Below are positions 32,047-43,619 of a DNA stretch of 64,000 nt, one piece after another. The notes under the pieces are model-generated. The model ran no database searches, was not told the DNA's origin, and was given only the letters and a program-made list of their open reading frames with translations. Both the position numbers and the translations under genes were made by a program. The stretch comes from Paramoeba atlantica (lineage: Eukaryota; Protista; Discosea): contig CDRNVI010000060.1 in NCBI GenBank assembly GCA_977017575.1, positions 124,001-188,000 on the forward strand, in the 5' to 3' direction. Numbering within the stretch: position 1 is the first letter of the stretch; each line of letters starts with the position of its first letter.

Positions 32047-35000
32047 TTGTATATCCAGAGTCGGGCGGGTAGGTCGTGGGCGCTGGAAGATATGTTGCGT
32101 AACCAGGTACGGAGTCGATTGCGTAGCTTTAGGAACAGAATTTTACCATGCTGGGCACCAGGTGCGAGAGTCATACCCAGGAATGTGCTACCATTATCGC
32201 ATATTTGAGGAATAGGTGTTGCGTCAATCATTATCTGCGGTCGTCTTGTCATGTAGCCTGAGTCTTGAGTCATTGCCATGTGTTGAATCCAACATTTCTT
32301 TGCGTTCAATTTCATTCCGATGTCGCCTAGAACTTTGACCAGTACGTTCGTGGCAATTTGCATTTCCTTTGGTGTGTTCGTGAGTATACTGAGGTCGTCA
32401 GCAAAGGCCTTCAGAAAGGTTTCCTTTCCATCCCAAGTGATTCCGTACTGTGGGCAACTTGAACGGATGAAGCGAAGAACCAATTCCATTGCCAAGTTGA
32501 ATAAGATCGGCGACAGTGTATCTCCTTGTAATACTCCACGGCCGATCTCGATCGACTTCGTAAGGCCTTCAGCACACTTGATTTGAATAGATGCTCCTTT
32601 ATACTGCGCGCTGATATAGTTAATTAGAATTGGGGAGACACGGGCCCATTTTAGGGATTGTAACAGTACTGCGTGGGGGATAGATCCGAAAGCGTTCTTG
32701 ATATCGAACTGTGCCAGTAAGTATTGCCGTTTGTGACGTCGTTGGTGTTCAAGGAGCTCGCATAAGACTTGTGTATGCTCGACGGTCCCATTCATGTGTG
32801 GTAGAAATCCTTTTTGTACTGATGTATCGAGCGCATGAGAATCCAAGGAATGTTGAAGGATTCGGTGGCTCAGGATTGAATGGAAAAGTTTCCTTATGCA
32901 ACTAGTTAAGCTTATCGGCCGCCAATTCTCCATAGTTGATGTAGGACCTCCTTTGTGTATGAGGCGAGTTACGGCAGATTTCCAGGTGGGGGGGCAAACC
33001 CCGAATTTAAGGATATCATTGAATACTTGAGCTATGTGGACAAAGATAGGGCTACAACGCTTGAGTAGAGCGTTTGATACAGTGTCTGATCCAGGAGCAG
33101 CGCCCGAGCGCTTGGAAGATACAGCAGATGCTATCATTTCGGCGTCAATATCCGACCATGGCATGTCGATGTCAGGCCGTGGTCCGAAGAACTCGGCGGG
33201 GGGTATGCTGTGATTCTCTTCAGGTTTTGACAATGATGCCGCGAAGTTCTCAACCTCTTGAAGAGGTACTGTAGGGTAAGACGTCTCGGGTCCCTGGATT
33301 GGGTCAGTGCGATCTAGGCATTCGCCCGCAGCTGTCCACGGGTTTCTCTGGAACCGAGTTAATGCCCATCGTCGATCGATTTCCCTCTTCTGTAGATTGG
33401 CTTCCTCCACGTACAACTTCAACGCTTTCTCTGCTTCCTTAATTTCTCCTCGCTGCTTGTTTCTCGCGGCCCCCTTCATGAAGGTAAGTGCACGTTTGAG
33501 TTGACGAACATGTGTGCGAAGCCTCTTCGTGGTACGTTCGATGGCCAAGGGCCGTGAGTTTCTTCTGGCTCTGCCAGCTCTGGTTCGCAGGAGAAAGCGG
33601 TGTGTCGGGTCGCTCTCCCGTGCGGCTTCAAAGACGGTTACGGCGAGGATCGCGGATAATGTTTTAGCTTGAGACAGGGCATCCTCATCGTTTCGCGCTG
33701 GGTGCACGTACAAGTTGCAACGTTCCTCAATTTTCGCAATACTATTGCCCCACTGTTCCTCTGTAAAACGTACCAGAACTCGTCCTCCCGTTATTGTGTC
33801 AAATGTTTCGAGAAGATTCTGCAGGTCAGGAATGGGATGAATGGTTGGGGCTGGGGCGTGCTGGGATCGAGGGATCCTCTGCAGTGTCGTGCGTCTGCGA
33901 TTTACTTCCGGTGGGGGAGGTAAAGGTAAAGGCAAAGGCAAAGGCGCGGGTTCTGCTACGGATTCCATACGTGGTACAGAAGGTGAGGAATCCGGTTGCG
34001 TCTCGTGGGCTGGTGGGAAATGTCGTAGAGGGCTGGACAGTGGACTCGTGCGGGGCAGGGAGTTGGTGCGAACTGGTAGGCGGGGTGTCACGACTGGGGC
34101 GGGCGGTTCCGAAGCTTGTGAAGAAACTGCAGCGCGTTCGGCATCACCAAGCGCAGGGAATAGAATATTTTTCGCCGTCCAGCTTATGGCAGAGTATGCG
34201 ATTTCGCCAGCTTTGAGGAGAACTCCTTTTTGACAACATGAATGCTTACATTTGGTTTTGTCTTTACATTTATGTGCGCAATTACGGCGAGGGACTGATT
34301 CAGGGGGGATATTGCCATCTCTACTAACATGAGGTTCCGGGGAAGTGCGTGTATGAGAGAGTTCGTGGTTTACAGCCTGCGTACCGCTCAAGTTTCCTGT
34401 CTCGGATGGCCAGCTAGGGTGATTCTGTGGTGATATTATGCTAGCATCGGCAGGAGATGTCCTCGTAAACAAATTCCTGAGTGACCATATTCGATTCTGA
34501 CCGTTTTCTTCGACGATCATGACCCCTGTCTTGCAACATTGGTGTTTGCACTGAGTTTTATTGCTGCATACATACTTATTGTATGTGCCGACACGGGTGA
34601 TAGTTGGCCGTGTTTGCTGATATTATGGCGGACGACGGCGGATGACCGGTTGGCAGATCCTCATACTGGGCCTCTTCGCTCGGTATGGCCTCTGTCGAGA
34701 CTTGCGGATCGGTTTCTATCGATGTGGACTATGTGACCGTGTTAGTGATGACTCCCCGAGGTGCCGTTCTGGTCGAGGATTTTCAGTAGCACCCGTAATG
34801 AGGACTCCTATTTTGCAGCACTGGTGCAAACAATTTGTCTTGTCGCGGCACGTATGCTTACAGGGCCTTCTGCCGGGAGCTAGTGAACTGTCTATAGCCA
34901 CGGCTTCCGAAGAGGGAGGAGGGACGCTAGGATGCACAGACCTTTCGGGTTTCACTTTGCAACATACGTGAAGGCATGCTGCTTTGTCCCGGCATTTATG

Positions 35001-35681
35001 GGCACAAGGGACACTTGGTTTAGTGGGCGGTAGTTTTGACACCTTGACGGGAGCATCACGGATTCTATATGGCGCGTCGTATGTGACCTCCGAGCAACGT
35101 TGGAGTTGTTCAATGGGTTGGGCCTTACGGGTCACGTGTGATATGCGGAATCGTCGTAAGCCTGGCATGTCACCGCCGCGCAATTTCTTTGTGACGGCTT
35201 TGCCAAGCGCGTTCGAGGAGGAGTATTCTGTGTCAAGCTGCATGTCGGGGTCTGTATAAGCAGAGCTCCAGCTCGTGTGATGAAATGTGCGACTAAGGTT
35301 TCCAATTTCATGGTACTCAACGTACTCGCATGCATCGTTCTCGATGACATCTTGAGTGGTACACGTTTGTACTATCGGACCATCGCTCCTTTTGCTTCCC
35401 GACTTCAGGGTTTTTCCGAGGGAAGCTTCTGCTGTGTGCGTGCTTGAGAAAAACTCTCGTTCGGTAAGGGTGATGGCTGCGGCGTGCGTGTCGGGAAAAT
35501 AGGACCATGAAAAGCCATCAGAGGGGCGGATCTTCACTGGCACCGCACGACTTCGGACGAAGTGAAAGTTCTGGGGGTGTCGCTTCGCGCTGACAGGTCC
35601 TCGAGGGAGGCCGTCGTGCGCGTGGGGAGCTGGGGGTGTGACATTAGAGATCATGCTCCGAAAGATAAGTTTAGTACAAAG

Positions 35682-35711
35682 CAACAAGGTACAGAAACTG
35701 TATCTTTATAG
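35682..35711 (-). other. Relict spliced-leader exon at the 5' end of the retrotransposon
   Basis: Minus strand (CTATA)AAGATACAGTTTCTGTACCTTGTTG, 27 nt upstream of the ATG at 35654. Confidence 0.88.
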
Positions 35712-35726
35712 AAGCCATAATATCTT

Positions 35727-36172
35727 TATAGAAACCATAATTGGGGCGGCAGCACTGTCAAATCAATGGGGCCCAACATATTACAATTGAAAACGTCAAA
35801 TCTTTGCAGCAATCCAGGGAGATGTGCAATAGGTAACACTCCGGTGATCCCCCTTTGTTTTTTTGAAGAGAACGATAGTGTGATGTCCGGCATGTACATC
35901 CATGCAAATGTTCCACAATATTTATCATGCCCGTGGACGTTAAAAAAACCTTGCGGGACTAGTTCAATGGAAATCATTGTTGGTTGCTATTGCACTTTAC
36001 TGCAAACCATTCACGCGCAGTAGTGTTCGTTGTCCATGTCTCTTCTGGATTCGAAATGATTGCTAAAATCATATTTCTGGGGAAGAACGGAACCATTCAC
36101 TTTGGCGGGGTGAGGTAAGGTTGTATCGCTGCTGAGACAAGCTAAAATACAACCCGGAGGATAGAGCGACAT
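35727..36172 (-). pseudogene. 5' part of an LRR gene disrupted by the retrotransposon
   Basis: HPAKVNGSVLPQKYD, TWTTNTTAREWFAVKCN and GPIDLTVLPPQLWFL, with frameshift and stop; paralog of 28840..29553. Confidence 0.8.
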
Positions 36173-36624
36173 AAAGAAGCGAAATAAAGTCTAAGTGTAC
36201 CTCGCTGGCCTGCCTGCTACGGACCGTCCTTACTCTTTCTTTCATCCAAGAATCATGCCATCCGTTTCATGCACAAGCTACAAGCAAGCACAAGCTTGCT
36301 CGTGCACATGCTTGTACATTGTACTTAGCGCAAACAGAGAATTCACCCCGTTCTCCATTTCCCACCTTCCCGTTTTACCCCCTGGCGCTCTTCCCTCCCC
36401 GTTTTTTTTCTCCCAATCCACAGGAGTTTTCCCCCAAACTCATAAGGGAAACCACCTCACAAGGCGTATTCCACCCCACCTTTCCCCTTTTATCCTTTTA
36501 CCCTCCTACATCTACCCCCCCTCCTCCCCCACCCTCCCCCTCTTCCCCCCCCCGCCTCCTCTCCTCCCCCACCGCCCCTCCAGCATCACCCCCACCCCCT
36601 TCTCTCTCTTTCAACTCCCGCCTT

Positions 36625-37302
36625 TCACCCCTGCCCTACCCCTACCCCTACCCCTACCCCTCCCCCTACCCCTCCCCCCTCCTGCCTTCCCCCCAGCCTC
36701 CTCTCCTCCCCCGCCGCCCACTCCGGCATCACCCCCCCCACCGCGGCGTCGAACTCCGGCCGCGTCCCCACCCCCTGCTGGTGCGGGCGGTAGTTCCGCG
36801 GGACCTCCGGGAGCATCGTGCGGCACGCGCGCCCGTTGAGCCGCACGAACGGCGCCCGGGCCTCCTCCCGCGCCGTGCCGTCCACGCCCCGGGGGACGTA
36901 CCCCCGGCGGTAGCTCCCCTGCCAGTTCAGCAGGTGCTGGATGACGTTCGGGGGGACCCCCTGGGCCTTGAGCTCCGTCCGGGTCACCGTCATCAGGTGC
37001 TCCCAGTCCCGGAACAGGGAGGCGTACTCCACGCAGCGCAGGCCGCGGGCGGTGGAGAGGCGGGAGAGGAAGGCTTGGATGTCCGGGACTTCCTCATGGG
37101 GGGGACGTAGGGGGAGGGGGTGCATCTCCTCCGGGGAGACGCTCTCAATGGGGGCGAATTTGCGCGGGTCGGGCATGTAGGAGTAACGGTAGATTTTCGC
37201 GGGCTGGCGGCGGGATTTGAAACGGCGGGAGAGGGTGTAGAGGGTGGAGGGGGAAACGGGGGAGGGGGGGAAAGGGTGGAGAGAAAAGAGGAAAGGTGGC
37301 AT
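36625..37302 (-). CDS. mS41: Probable mitochondrial small-subunit ribosomal protein mS41 (Fyv4/IGR-motif, SAM-like domain)
   Basis: VPDIQAFLSRLSTARGLRCVEYASLFRDWEHLMTVTRTELKAQGVPPNVIQHLLNWQGSYRRG fits the Fyv4/IGR pattern (PDVxxFLxxIGRxxxExxxxFxxWxxLxxxxxxxLKxxGIxxxxRxxILxWxxxFRxG) as recalled; basic N-terminus; upstream polypyrimidine tract. Confidence 0.7.
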   Translation of the reverse strand: MPPFLFSLHPFPPSPVSPSTLYTLSRRFKSRRQPAKIYRYSYMPDPRKFAPIESVSPEEMHPLPLRPPHEEVPDIQAFLSRLSTARGLRCVEYASLFRDWEHLMTVTRTELKAQGVPPNVIQHLLNWQGSYRRGYVPRGVDGTAREEARAPFVRLNGRACRTMLPEVPRNYRPHQQGVGTRPEFDAAVGGVMPEWAAGEERRLGGRQEGGGVGGGVGVGVGVGQG

Positions 37303-38272
37303 GGGGTTGAGGAGGGGGGGGTGTAGGGAGAGAGGTGGAAAGGGGTAGAAAGGGAAGGTAAGGTGGTGTGAAAAATGGTAAAGAAGGAAAATGAATGGTC
37401 AAAGTGAAGGATTGTTTTATAGGTTTTTTAATTTTTTTTTTGTAATATTACGTCTCCAAACCCGAACCTCAAAAAAACGGCAAGTATTTATTTTTCTCGA
37501 AAAAGAAAAATATATTGCTCTTTTAACGGTCTTGATTCTTTGTTTGTCCCCCCAACCCTTACCCAGCTAGCTCACGTCGCGGTGGTACCAGCCTTGGACC
37601 GGGGTCGGCGCAATCTGGGAACTTCCTCTCTGGATTTTTGCTTTACTTACATTGCGCCAATAAAAACCGAAAGAGATCTTACTGAAATATTGACATTACC
37701 GTGAAAACATTAATTAAGAATAACTTAAATTAAGGTAACTTTTTTGCCACATAAATATTACTTTAATGTCCGGTACCTTAATGCTTGGTACCTTAATTAT
37801 TGTTTAGAGCTCATATTTCCGATGTCGATATCTTTCGAAACTTGAACAAAATTCAGTTGAAAGTACCTACAACCAGGTCAGTTAGAATATTTGAAGTTCA
37901 TGCGCAGAATCATAATTCGCAATTAGAAGAGTAAATACTACACCTAAAACTCGCGCACTTGTGCATTTAAGTAAGCAATGTTTGGCCATGTTTAGCCCAA
38001 ATACGTGTAAGGTAGCGATTTCCCTGGTTAGCTAGCGTTTTAAGGATGCCTACCCTGCACGATTTTTGGATGCACGCTGATAGGTTCTAAGTTGAAAATG
38101 ACCACCGCCTTTCACGAAGCGACTAAAAGAGAAATTAATTATTGCGATAGATTTTCGTAAAAATGAGTGACACATACAGGTAATTAATACCTTAATTTCT
38201 GGTACCTTAATTATAATTACCTTAATACCGTTACCCCCCTTAGATATTCTAGTACGCTACTTATCCTCTTTT

Positions 38273-38671
38273 GTGACGAAACCTCTGGGACACGAGAGGA
38301 TAAGTAGCGTACTAGTTTACGGAGAAATACTATCTCTGCACTGTATACTAAAACTCTACTACTACCAAATGCGTCAGCCATTACCATTGCTCATTTTTAG
38401 CGCGAATCAGGTTAGGGGTGCTCTAATGCCTCGAGACCCTTTCGTTGTTGTTACTGCCCCAAAGAATATTACCAGCATCCTTCCGACGGCTCAGCTTCTC
38501 ACGGAGAAGCATGTGGAAAGCGAGCGTGAGCGCAAGTCTCGTGTAGAGCTTACAATAGAGCAGAAGCGTAACATCTGCGCGTCTCTGGATGCAGGAAAAA
38601 CAGAACGACAGGTTGCTCAAGAGTATCACCTTGATCGAAGCACCGTCAGAAAAATATATAAAAATCTATAA
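38273..38671 (+). mobile_element. pogo/Tigger-type transposase remnant (CENP-B N-terminal HTH)
   Basis: RKSRVELTIEQKRNICASLDAGKTERQVAQEYHLDRSTVRKIYK. Confidence 0.75.
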
Positions 38672-39158
38672 AAGAAAGCAAAACTGGGACCATCTGGTGC
38701 GCCTTGGCTGCGTTCTATTAACCAGTATCACCCTCCGCGCCAGAATGCCGCAATATATGAGGCCGGAGCCATGCTGCAAACTCTTCGGGAAGCTCTTACT
38801 GGAGTTACGAAGGTTGTATCATGCTAAAAACTTCCCCCCCTTCGTCCCCCTCCTCTTTGTTGCGCCCCCCTTTCACCCCCAGCACTGCCCTCCTGGCCTC
38901 CCCCCCGAAAAGCACTCTCTGCCCCCTCTTCACCTCCCAACGACGCCTCGTCGCCGCCTTCCTCAGACAGACTGGAGACGAAGGGACAGGAAGAATTTTC
39001 TCCAGAAAGTGCTGATCTGCCTTTTGTACCTTAGCCCTCCCTTCATTACTTAAGCAAATATTTATCGTTAACGTCTCATAATTATCATCTTCGTTTACCC
39101 GCAATCTATCCTTACAGTGAAACAAATTGGTTCATCTTATCAGCTAAAGTGTTGTATA

Positions 39159-39488
39159 CTCCTCCTCTCATTAATTCCTATAAATATAAATCATAACAAA
39201 AAAGAAAATTTATATTTATATTTATAGAAATTAATGAGAATGGCTAGGCAAAAAGTCCTGATTAATGATACTGCCTGATGGAAAAACGCTATTTTTCTGC
39301 GATAAGCTATCGCGGAACGTGAGATCCAAGGCGCTTGTCGGAAGTGAGGGTCAAATCTTTCTGCGGTGTTCTCCCCTCTATCCTAGCATTTCCTGTTTTG
39401 TTTCTTCAAAAGCATAATTTTTTGAAAATCTATAATTTTTTTCTGAAAAATTAGGAATGGCATTTATAGAAATTAATGAGAAGAGGAG
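39159..39488. mobile_element. TA-flanked MITE (CTCCTC family); a smaller related inverted pair lies at about 39508..39646
   Basis: TA|CTCCTCCTCTCATTAATTCCTATAAAT...ATTTATAGAAATTAATGAGAAGAGGAG|TA. Confidence 0.75.
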
Positions 39489-41159
39489 TACCACGTCCTC
39501 CCACCTACCCTCTCCCATTAATTTTTAGAAATATAATTACTAGCATAACTTTACTACAGTAAGTAGTACTGTAGTAGTAAAGTACTGTAGTATAATTTTT
39601 CATTTTTGTTATAATTTATATTTATAAAAATTAATGAGAGGGAGAGTATTTTATTCCTCCGAGAACTTCGAATTAATGAGAGGGCGACCGGCCGTCGGAA
39701 ACATACCAGTACGCATTCCGAGGCCTCCCCATCGCCCATCCGCAATCCCTGATAACCAAAATATTAAAATTTCTTCCACCTCGCTAGGGAACAAGGAGTT
39801 GCCCATGAATCGCCACAAACTAACCTCACGGCTCAAACTTTTCTTTCCAAAGCATTGCCGTGCCTCGGAGCACACACTAATTTGTCGACCGAGGGTCTTC
39901 TCAAGAATTATAAACAGCGACTTGAAAACAAAGCTTACATGTACTATCGGTGTGGAGTAATGAGTTTTTCTCCGTTGCACATTTTGTTGAGCAGGAATCA
40001 TCCGACAGCACAATCGATAATTAGCGTTGATGTAGCAAACGATGCTTTTCACAGTCGGGAACCTCTTTTTCACATTTCAGAAGACGAGTGGAACTTTTAT
40101 ATTAACTTTAGAAATTTGATTAGCAACCCTCCGTGCACACCTCCGTATGGAAATGGTGGGAAGATGTCGATAAAGAAAACTTTCCATCTATGCATCAAAG
40201 CCGCTCGCCACTACTCTGGGTGCCACCAATCGTCACAGCATGTGATTCCCTACTGAAGTATAACCCGCGTCACAACCCGCCTCCCCGGATAGCGACGTAA
40301 TAGCCACTCAAATGTTTCTCCGAAGGAATCTAAAAAGTACATGAGCTCGCAGCCGCCCGGGCAACCGCCGCCCGCCTCATGCATGAGTATCGTACTGACG
40401 CTAACGATATACACCCCTGTATGTACACCCCTGTCCAGCTTCATTTACCCCACCTACAGGCCAATATTTTCTTCTATTTTGGAAATATTTAGCATGGGAC
40501 TGTTTTTCGACCCAATCGTCTCGAATCCGCTGTCCTTTTCATGATTGGAATAAAACAATTACTAAAATGACATGACATGACAAAAAAAAATGATTTTTCA
40601 TGGTCTACACTTTTTTTTTCTATTTTTTTTTTCATATTTTTGGGATTTTGTTTATGTTTTTAAAAGTATAAATCGTGCTTAGATAATGCAAAGATGACGC
40701 TAGATACTTTTAAATATCCATTATGATTATCATTAAATATCCAATATGATGACGTTTCCTTTCTATCACAAGTTGAAGACGTTTGCGATAGTTTTTGAAT
40801 GAATTTCTTAATTCGTCAACATGTTCTACTGCTAAAAGGTCGGATGTTTGAAACATAGCGTCTTATATTTCGTGTCTACTCATTCTAGCTAAAGCACGCA
40901 AGGATTATAGTTCCTAGTACCGTGCTATGATCAGGGTTCGACTTTCTGGTGGATTACGCTGATTTGGGAGAAGAGGAAGTCAGTTATCTCTTGGCCATTA
41001 AGGAAAGAACTGAAAATATTGAATTGTTTTAGGGTGGGCAAAACAAAATCAGGTTTTTCGACAAAAATTTTAAGGTCTCGGAGGAAAAAAAGGTCGCTCG
41101 AGTGAAAAGGACAGCGGATTCGAGACGATTGGGTCGAAAAACAGTCCCATACCAAATAT

Positions 41160-41869
41160 TTCTAAAATCCAACAAGATACAAGACCTGTAGGGGGGGGTA
41201 AATGAAGCTGGACAAGGGTGTAGCACTACAACAATAGGACTCGGCAACCAACCTCCACAAGGAGTGGGCGGCGGAACTCCAGAACATTATACTGGGGCCC
41301 TCTACCCCCTCGGGCCTTCTGATCCCCCAGGCCTTGAGGTCGACGAAACTTTTCCCCGGGGCTCCGAAAACCCGGCGGATGCTAACACAGGGGGGCAGAG
41401 GGAGGTCGCCGAGATACTCCCCCCCAGGATGACCGGGAGGATGGTATGATGTGCATATGGGTCCTCGAGGAGTGGGACGTATCCAGGTCCCGGTCCCCTC
41501 GGACTGCCCCCTCGAAGGTTTGTTCCAGGCTGTAGCGATGACTCTAGGCATCCCTACGGATCTCATCTGTCTCTCGCATGGTCCCGGAGTGCCCTACCTC
41601 GAGACGGACAATGATATGGTAGTGGCGGAGAGCATATGGATGTCCCTCATGGTCCTTAATCAGGCGTCTCCTTTCGAGCCCCACATTCGCGTATTCGACG
41701 GCACTGGGCAGGGGTCTTTCACACCCCGACGCACATATCGGGCGACAAAATACCTTTCTTCTTGTGTCAAGCGCTGGGCATCACGCATGATTTTGCAAGT
41801 ACGTGAACCCCTTTCGCAGCTGATGATGGGTCCGTCTGGTGTTGCTTCCTCCCCACTGAGGGGCTCATT
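41160..41869 (+). mobile_element. N-terminal region of a CRE-like element (Ubl-like segment and IRVFDG segment)
   Basis: ORF 41451 GRIQVPVPSD...GIPTDLICL and HIRVFDGTGQGS align with 4539-4660 and AIRVYDGTFQGS (5326 ORF). Left boundary approximate. Confidence 0.65.
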
Positions 41870-41882
41870 GATACAGTTTCTC

Positions 41883-42030
41883 AAAGACACAGTTCCTGTA
41901 CCTTGTTGTACTTTTTCTCCTAGTTCATCTTTTCTCTCTCGGAAACGGACATATTGTCACTATGTTCATGCCCGTTTCCGGATGGCGCTAGGAGAGGAAC
42001 TGTCCCTCTTGTCACAAATTAGGGGTGCGC
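41883..42030 (+). mobile_element. 5' fragment of the SL-headed short element, with a degenerate SL relic at 41883..41908
   Basis: AAAGACACAGTTCCTGTACCTTGTTG, then tactttttctcctAG-ttcatc and the hairpin cggaaacggacat/atgcccgtttccg, homologous to 4734-4830. Confidence 0.78.
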
Positions 42031-42056
42031 CTCCAAAGGCGGAGGTGGCGGAGAAG

Positions 42057-42430
42057 GCGGAGTGGCAAGAATTCAAAGCTTGATGCACATGGTGCTCAGA
42101 CGGCGAGTTCAAACCCGCTCATCGCAATATTCCCGGCAATATTCACTCTAAGAGGCTGGGCTGATAACCGACTAGGCCCAGTACTCGGAGGACCGTCCCG
42201 GACCCTCCCCTCAGGGAACCAGCTCCCTTACCCGGCTTACACCTCTTGGGAGTAAGCCGTGTTGACGTACAGTTCGTCGACGCAGCGTGCTGGTAACAGC
42301 ACGTTGGTGCCGCCTTGGACAAGCGGAATCTGGTAGAGGACGTCGGCCTCGGAACTTCCAAATCTGTCTGTGAAGAGTCTGGCTTGCCAGTGACCATCCG
42401 GAGCAATCCGGAATGATTTGGATTTTTTTT
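42057..42430 (+). mobile_element. tRNA-derived SINE-like family B, longest copy
   Basis: Head gtggcaagaat...gcgagttcaaacccgc; ends gatttggatttttttt; both ends shared with 10163..10331 and the 3' part with 44929..45158. Confidence 0.65.
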
Positions 42431-42780
42431 GGTGTGCCTCCCTTTCTTCATCTCCCACCACCCTGCTCGGAACACGGTTCCGAGTCCCCATGCGCTGCAG
42501 GACCCTTCTACGGGACCACGCGGCGTGCCTTCCCCATCGCGCGGCACCGGTACTTCTGCGCGCAGGAGGCTTCCAAACGCTGGAAGTCTCCCACACAGCG
42601 AGCAAACACGTTGTATGCGTGTTCTAGCGGATATTCCATGCACCTCTCTTGCTCACCAGCCGTGGCGGATTCTGTGGGACCCCGATGCCCATGATGCATC
42701 ATGAATCATGACTCCATTTACCAGCATGCATCCATGGCCCTGGCCATGCTGTATCATGAACTATGTAAGTCATTTGTAGC

Positions 42781-43450
42781 ATGTACGATGGGAATATAAT
42801 CCGCGTCCGACAAATCCGTATATCCTTCCTGGCGCACTGCGCTACACTGTTAAACCTTGGCGGGACACAGACCAATCGGCTCAAGTTCTACATAAAGTCA
42901 CTTGCGGCGGCCGGAGCGGCAGTACCGATGCGTCAGATGTTGCCTTTAACCCCAGGAACTCTGAACAAGTTGTGGAAGAGCTTGCCCCGCAGCGAAGGTC
43001 TTACCGTGGTGCTCTGCTGGAAGGCAGCAAGTCGTTGGACGGAAACAGTAGCCCTCACGCGAGACAGATTCTGCAAAGTGAGGCCGGAAAGGATCGTCAT
43101 ATGGTAGGGACGGAACACCAAGACCTCGCGCCACAATCCGTACCTTGTTGTGCGTCCCAACGATAAATTCTACCACCATGTAAGTGATCAGTTGGCGGAA
43201 AGACAAAAGCATTTAACTTGAGCATACACCACGATCGCAGCGTTCCTTTACTCCGCAAGTTACACCAGCTCGCGCGCCTGAGCCATATCGACGACCAGGA
43301 ATGTGTTTTGGGTGCCGTTCGCCCGATCATTTGTAGAGGAATTGTCAAAAGCGAGATTTTCGTTCGCTGGTGGCTGGCCCTGCCGGTAGCAGCAAGAGCT
43401 TATGGCAAAGCCCCACCCAAACGGCCAATGAATCACACGAAGACCAACAA
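42781..43450 (+). mobile_element. Tyrosine-recombinase remnant of a TATE/VIPER-like element
   Basis: AVPMRQMLPLT...VVLCWKAASRWTETVALT...IVIW*GRNTKTSRHNP; catalytic Arg box ASRW; homologous to 25199..25630. Confidence 0.75.
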
Positions 43451-43619
43451 ATGTGGCTTTTGGAACCAATACGACATACGTCAAATCTCGCAAAGCACAA
43501 CTACTCAGGGCTCTGAAAATATATTATATATACATATTATATGTACAGTGAACATTAACTGTATACATACAATACAGTGACAGTAACTTAATCGCAGGGA
43601 ACTACCTATCAGCCGCCCA

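Larger units (their letters stand above)
30056..35711 (-). mobile_element. Decayed full-length RLE-type (HERO/NeSL-like) non-LTR retrotransposon
   Basis: 5' SL relic; ORF pieces 34716..35654 and 31899..34520 (three Cys modules in total; RT with QKGFLPHMNGTVEH, DIKNAFGSIPH, GVLQGDTLSP, FADDL); 30472..31035 CCHC CPICDTETRTARHILSGC; 30257..30475 IIELTCP; 3' stem-loop at 30061-30086. Homologous throughout to 50741..56191. Confidence 0.9.

Noticed and set aside
31899-32050. C-terminal extension KFSFLGSSLNAVVAF... of the 873-aa RT ORF, mirrored in ORF 31693..31989
   Set aside because: Artefact of reading through the palindromic end of the inserted element; the true frame resumes at about 31143.
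36633-36672. Telomere-like (CCCCTA)n tract
   Set aside because: Short, not TTAGGG, and within the Gly/Val low-complexity tail of the mS41 ORF.
39125-39160. U2 snRNA-like TCTTATCAG
   Set aside because: Only about 9 nt match; no branch-point recognition region or stem I.
43140-43150. GTACCTTGTTG, an 11-nt match to the SL 3' end inside the tyrosine-recombinase remnant
   Set aside because: Too short, lacks the ACAGTTTCT core and has no element boundary beside it. It could be a minimal relic but cannot be supported.
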